Below, piece by piece: positions 62,241 through 64,000 of a stretch of 64,000 nt of DNA (its first letter is position 1; each line of letters starts with the position of its first letter). A program made the translations under genes and the position numbers. Below the pieces are notes generated by a model. The model saw only the letters and a program-made list of their open reading frames with translations, did no database searches and was not told the origin of the DNA. This DNA comes from Podarcis muralis (taxonomy: Eukaryota): NCBI RefSeq assembly GCF_964188315.1, contig NC_135656.1:81530001-81594000 (forward strand), written 5' to 3'.

Positions 62241-62992
62241 ATGATTAAATAGGATCATATTTATATTGAAATGAGGCCAGCAAGGGAATGTGTGGGCCTC
62301 CATCTCTGATACAATACGAGTACAAATGGTTCAAAAGACAGAAGCGACAGTGAGGGAGTAGATGACTGGAAAGCAAAGTTAAGCTTCTGTTTTCAGGGAT
62401 ATCTTTCTCTCTCCCTTTTTGGAGGCTGGCTGAATTATACCCTTGTCTACTGAAACCCTCTTAGTTTAATTCCCACAGGCCTCAGTGACACCTAGGGCAG
62501 CGCTGATCAACTGCAGGCTCCTACATCGCTAATCTCAGCCAGCAAACTGATTATGATTTTAGCAGATGTTACAAAATAGAATGGGTCCGTTTTCCCCTTC
62601 TTTAAATAGGAAATGCTGCATGTTTCAGACAAGCTAAAGAGACTCAATTCACTTGAGTGAAATTAAATTTTTGCCTTGTGACTTGGTTTTGCATAAGATG
62701 TTTGTATATGAAGAGTAAGAGACAGGCTCACGGAAATAGTGCAAGGGTTTTAAATGAATGCGGTTCCCTCCTTTTGTGATCTCTCTGCGCCAGCACATAA
62801 CATATTCAGAATATCCTTGATCTCTTTGGCTAAAAGAGAGGCCCTCTTTCTTCTCTTATCAAGCATGAATCAGCTCTTCCATGCCTTCTTCTGTGAGTGG
62901 GGTGGCTGCCTTTCTACTCAGTTCTTTTTTCACAGCTGCAGTAGTAGTATCATGGTAAATACCAGTCTCAATCTAGCATAGGTTCTCCACTT

Positions 62993-63342
62993 GCGGGTGG
63001 CGCTGTGGGTTAAACCACAGAGCCTAGGACTTGCTGATCAGAAGGTTGGAGGTTCAAATCCCCACGACAGAGTGAGCTCCTGTTGCTCGGTCCCAGCTCC
63101 TGCCAACCTAGCAGTTCAAAAGCACATCAAAGTGCAAATAGATAAATACGTACCCCTCCAGCGGGAAGGTAAATGGCGTTTCCATGCGCTGCTCTGGTTC
63201 ACCAGAAGCGGCTTAGTCATGCTGGCCACATGACCTGGAAGCTGTACACCGGCTCCCTCGGCCAATAAAGCGAGATGAGCGCCACAACCCCAGAGTCGGT
63301 CACGACTAGACCTAATGGTCAGGGGTCCCTTTACCTTTACCT
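62993..63342 (+). mobile_element. Sauria SINE (Squam1)
   Basis: GCGGGTGGCGCTGTGGGTTAAACCACAGAGCCTAGGACTTGC head and TAATGGTCAGGGGTCCCTTTACCTTTACCT tail. Same subtype as 55684-56033. Confidence 0.93.
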
Positions 63343-64000
63343 AACTTTAACTGGGTTGGGCTACTTGTAATTGATTTTTATCAGCATTGCGTTGTTGTTG
63401 GTTAATCAGAGGGACTGGCCACAGCACAAGATAGAAGCCTTGGGTATTGGCCATGATCTAGAGCAGAATCCACAGTGCGTGTAATTTCCCAAATTCATAG
63501 AATTGGCTTGACCTTGCTCTTGTTGGGTGAGTAATGGATGACTGTGTGACCATTACAGCCCACTAGATCATGACAGTTGAGTGAGCTGGTCTTGGGCATA
63601 ATTCAGTTATAGCTCTTTTAAGCAATTATAGCAATTTTAAGCAAATTATGTATTTGAGCCAGTCCACACCAGCTATCATCTCAGTCCTAAAAGCATGCAT
63701 AAGCATGTTCTCTTGATTTGATTTTTATTTGGAACTGGGGAAGATTTTGCTTAGTATTTCCAAGAGTTCTCAGGCCAGCATATGCATCAGTATCTTTTCC
63801 AGGTCAATAGACTTTGTTGGAGGGAATCAGAAATGCACCTTATCTTAATTCATTCTTATTATTTATTCCATTTCACCATAAGGTCCCAGGACAAGTCACA
63901 GCAAGTAATCTCTTGCCAGCTCACATTTCCAGACACAATTGAGACTCTGAGCCAAAGAGAAAGTGTGGTTAACAGAGTGGGGCAGGTTGGTCCTCTCTGG

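Larger units (their letters stand above)
12843..64000 (-). other. ERC2: ERC2 intron 5' of the 148-nt exon (more than 51 kb)
   Basis: I did not find the preceding ERC2 exon (ending ...RRKQLEEILEMK) in the window. Very long introns are established for vertebrate ERC2. Inferred from absence, so a small unrecognised exon cannot be excluded. Confidence 0.7.

Noticed and set aside
1-64000. Strand bias of retroelements relative to ERC2
   Set aside because: The copies I identified are split between the strands and the sample is too small to support a bias.

Overview
Vertebrate genomic DNA from a squamate reptile, most likely a lacertid lizard (inferred from Sauria/Squam1, Squam2-like and Squam3-like SINEs, CR1, L2 and L1 remnants). 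I can support one protein-coding exon: a 148-bp minus-strand exon of ERC2 (CAST) at 12695-12842, with canonical AG/GT ends. The rest is taken to be ERC2 intron, filled with hAT and Tc1/mariner-superfamily MITEs, SINEs, LINE fragments, solo LTRs and microsatellites. The long GC-rich ORFs in the ORF track lie inside transposons and are not genes. The most unusual observations are: (1) a 34-nt 5' fragment of U1 snRNA inside a MITE; (2) a Tigger-like MITE carrying five 59-60-bp-period hairpin units, one diverged by six fully compensatory base-pair changes; (3) a young 993-bp hAT element with CpG-island-like, promoter-like cargo; (4) two palindromic MITEs placed almost symmetrically about 2 kb either side of the ERC2 exon. 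Repeat family names come from recalled consensus features, not from a database search. No CRISPR array, rRNA or intact tRNA gene was seen.
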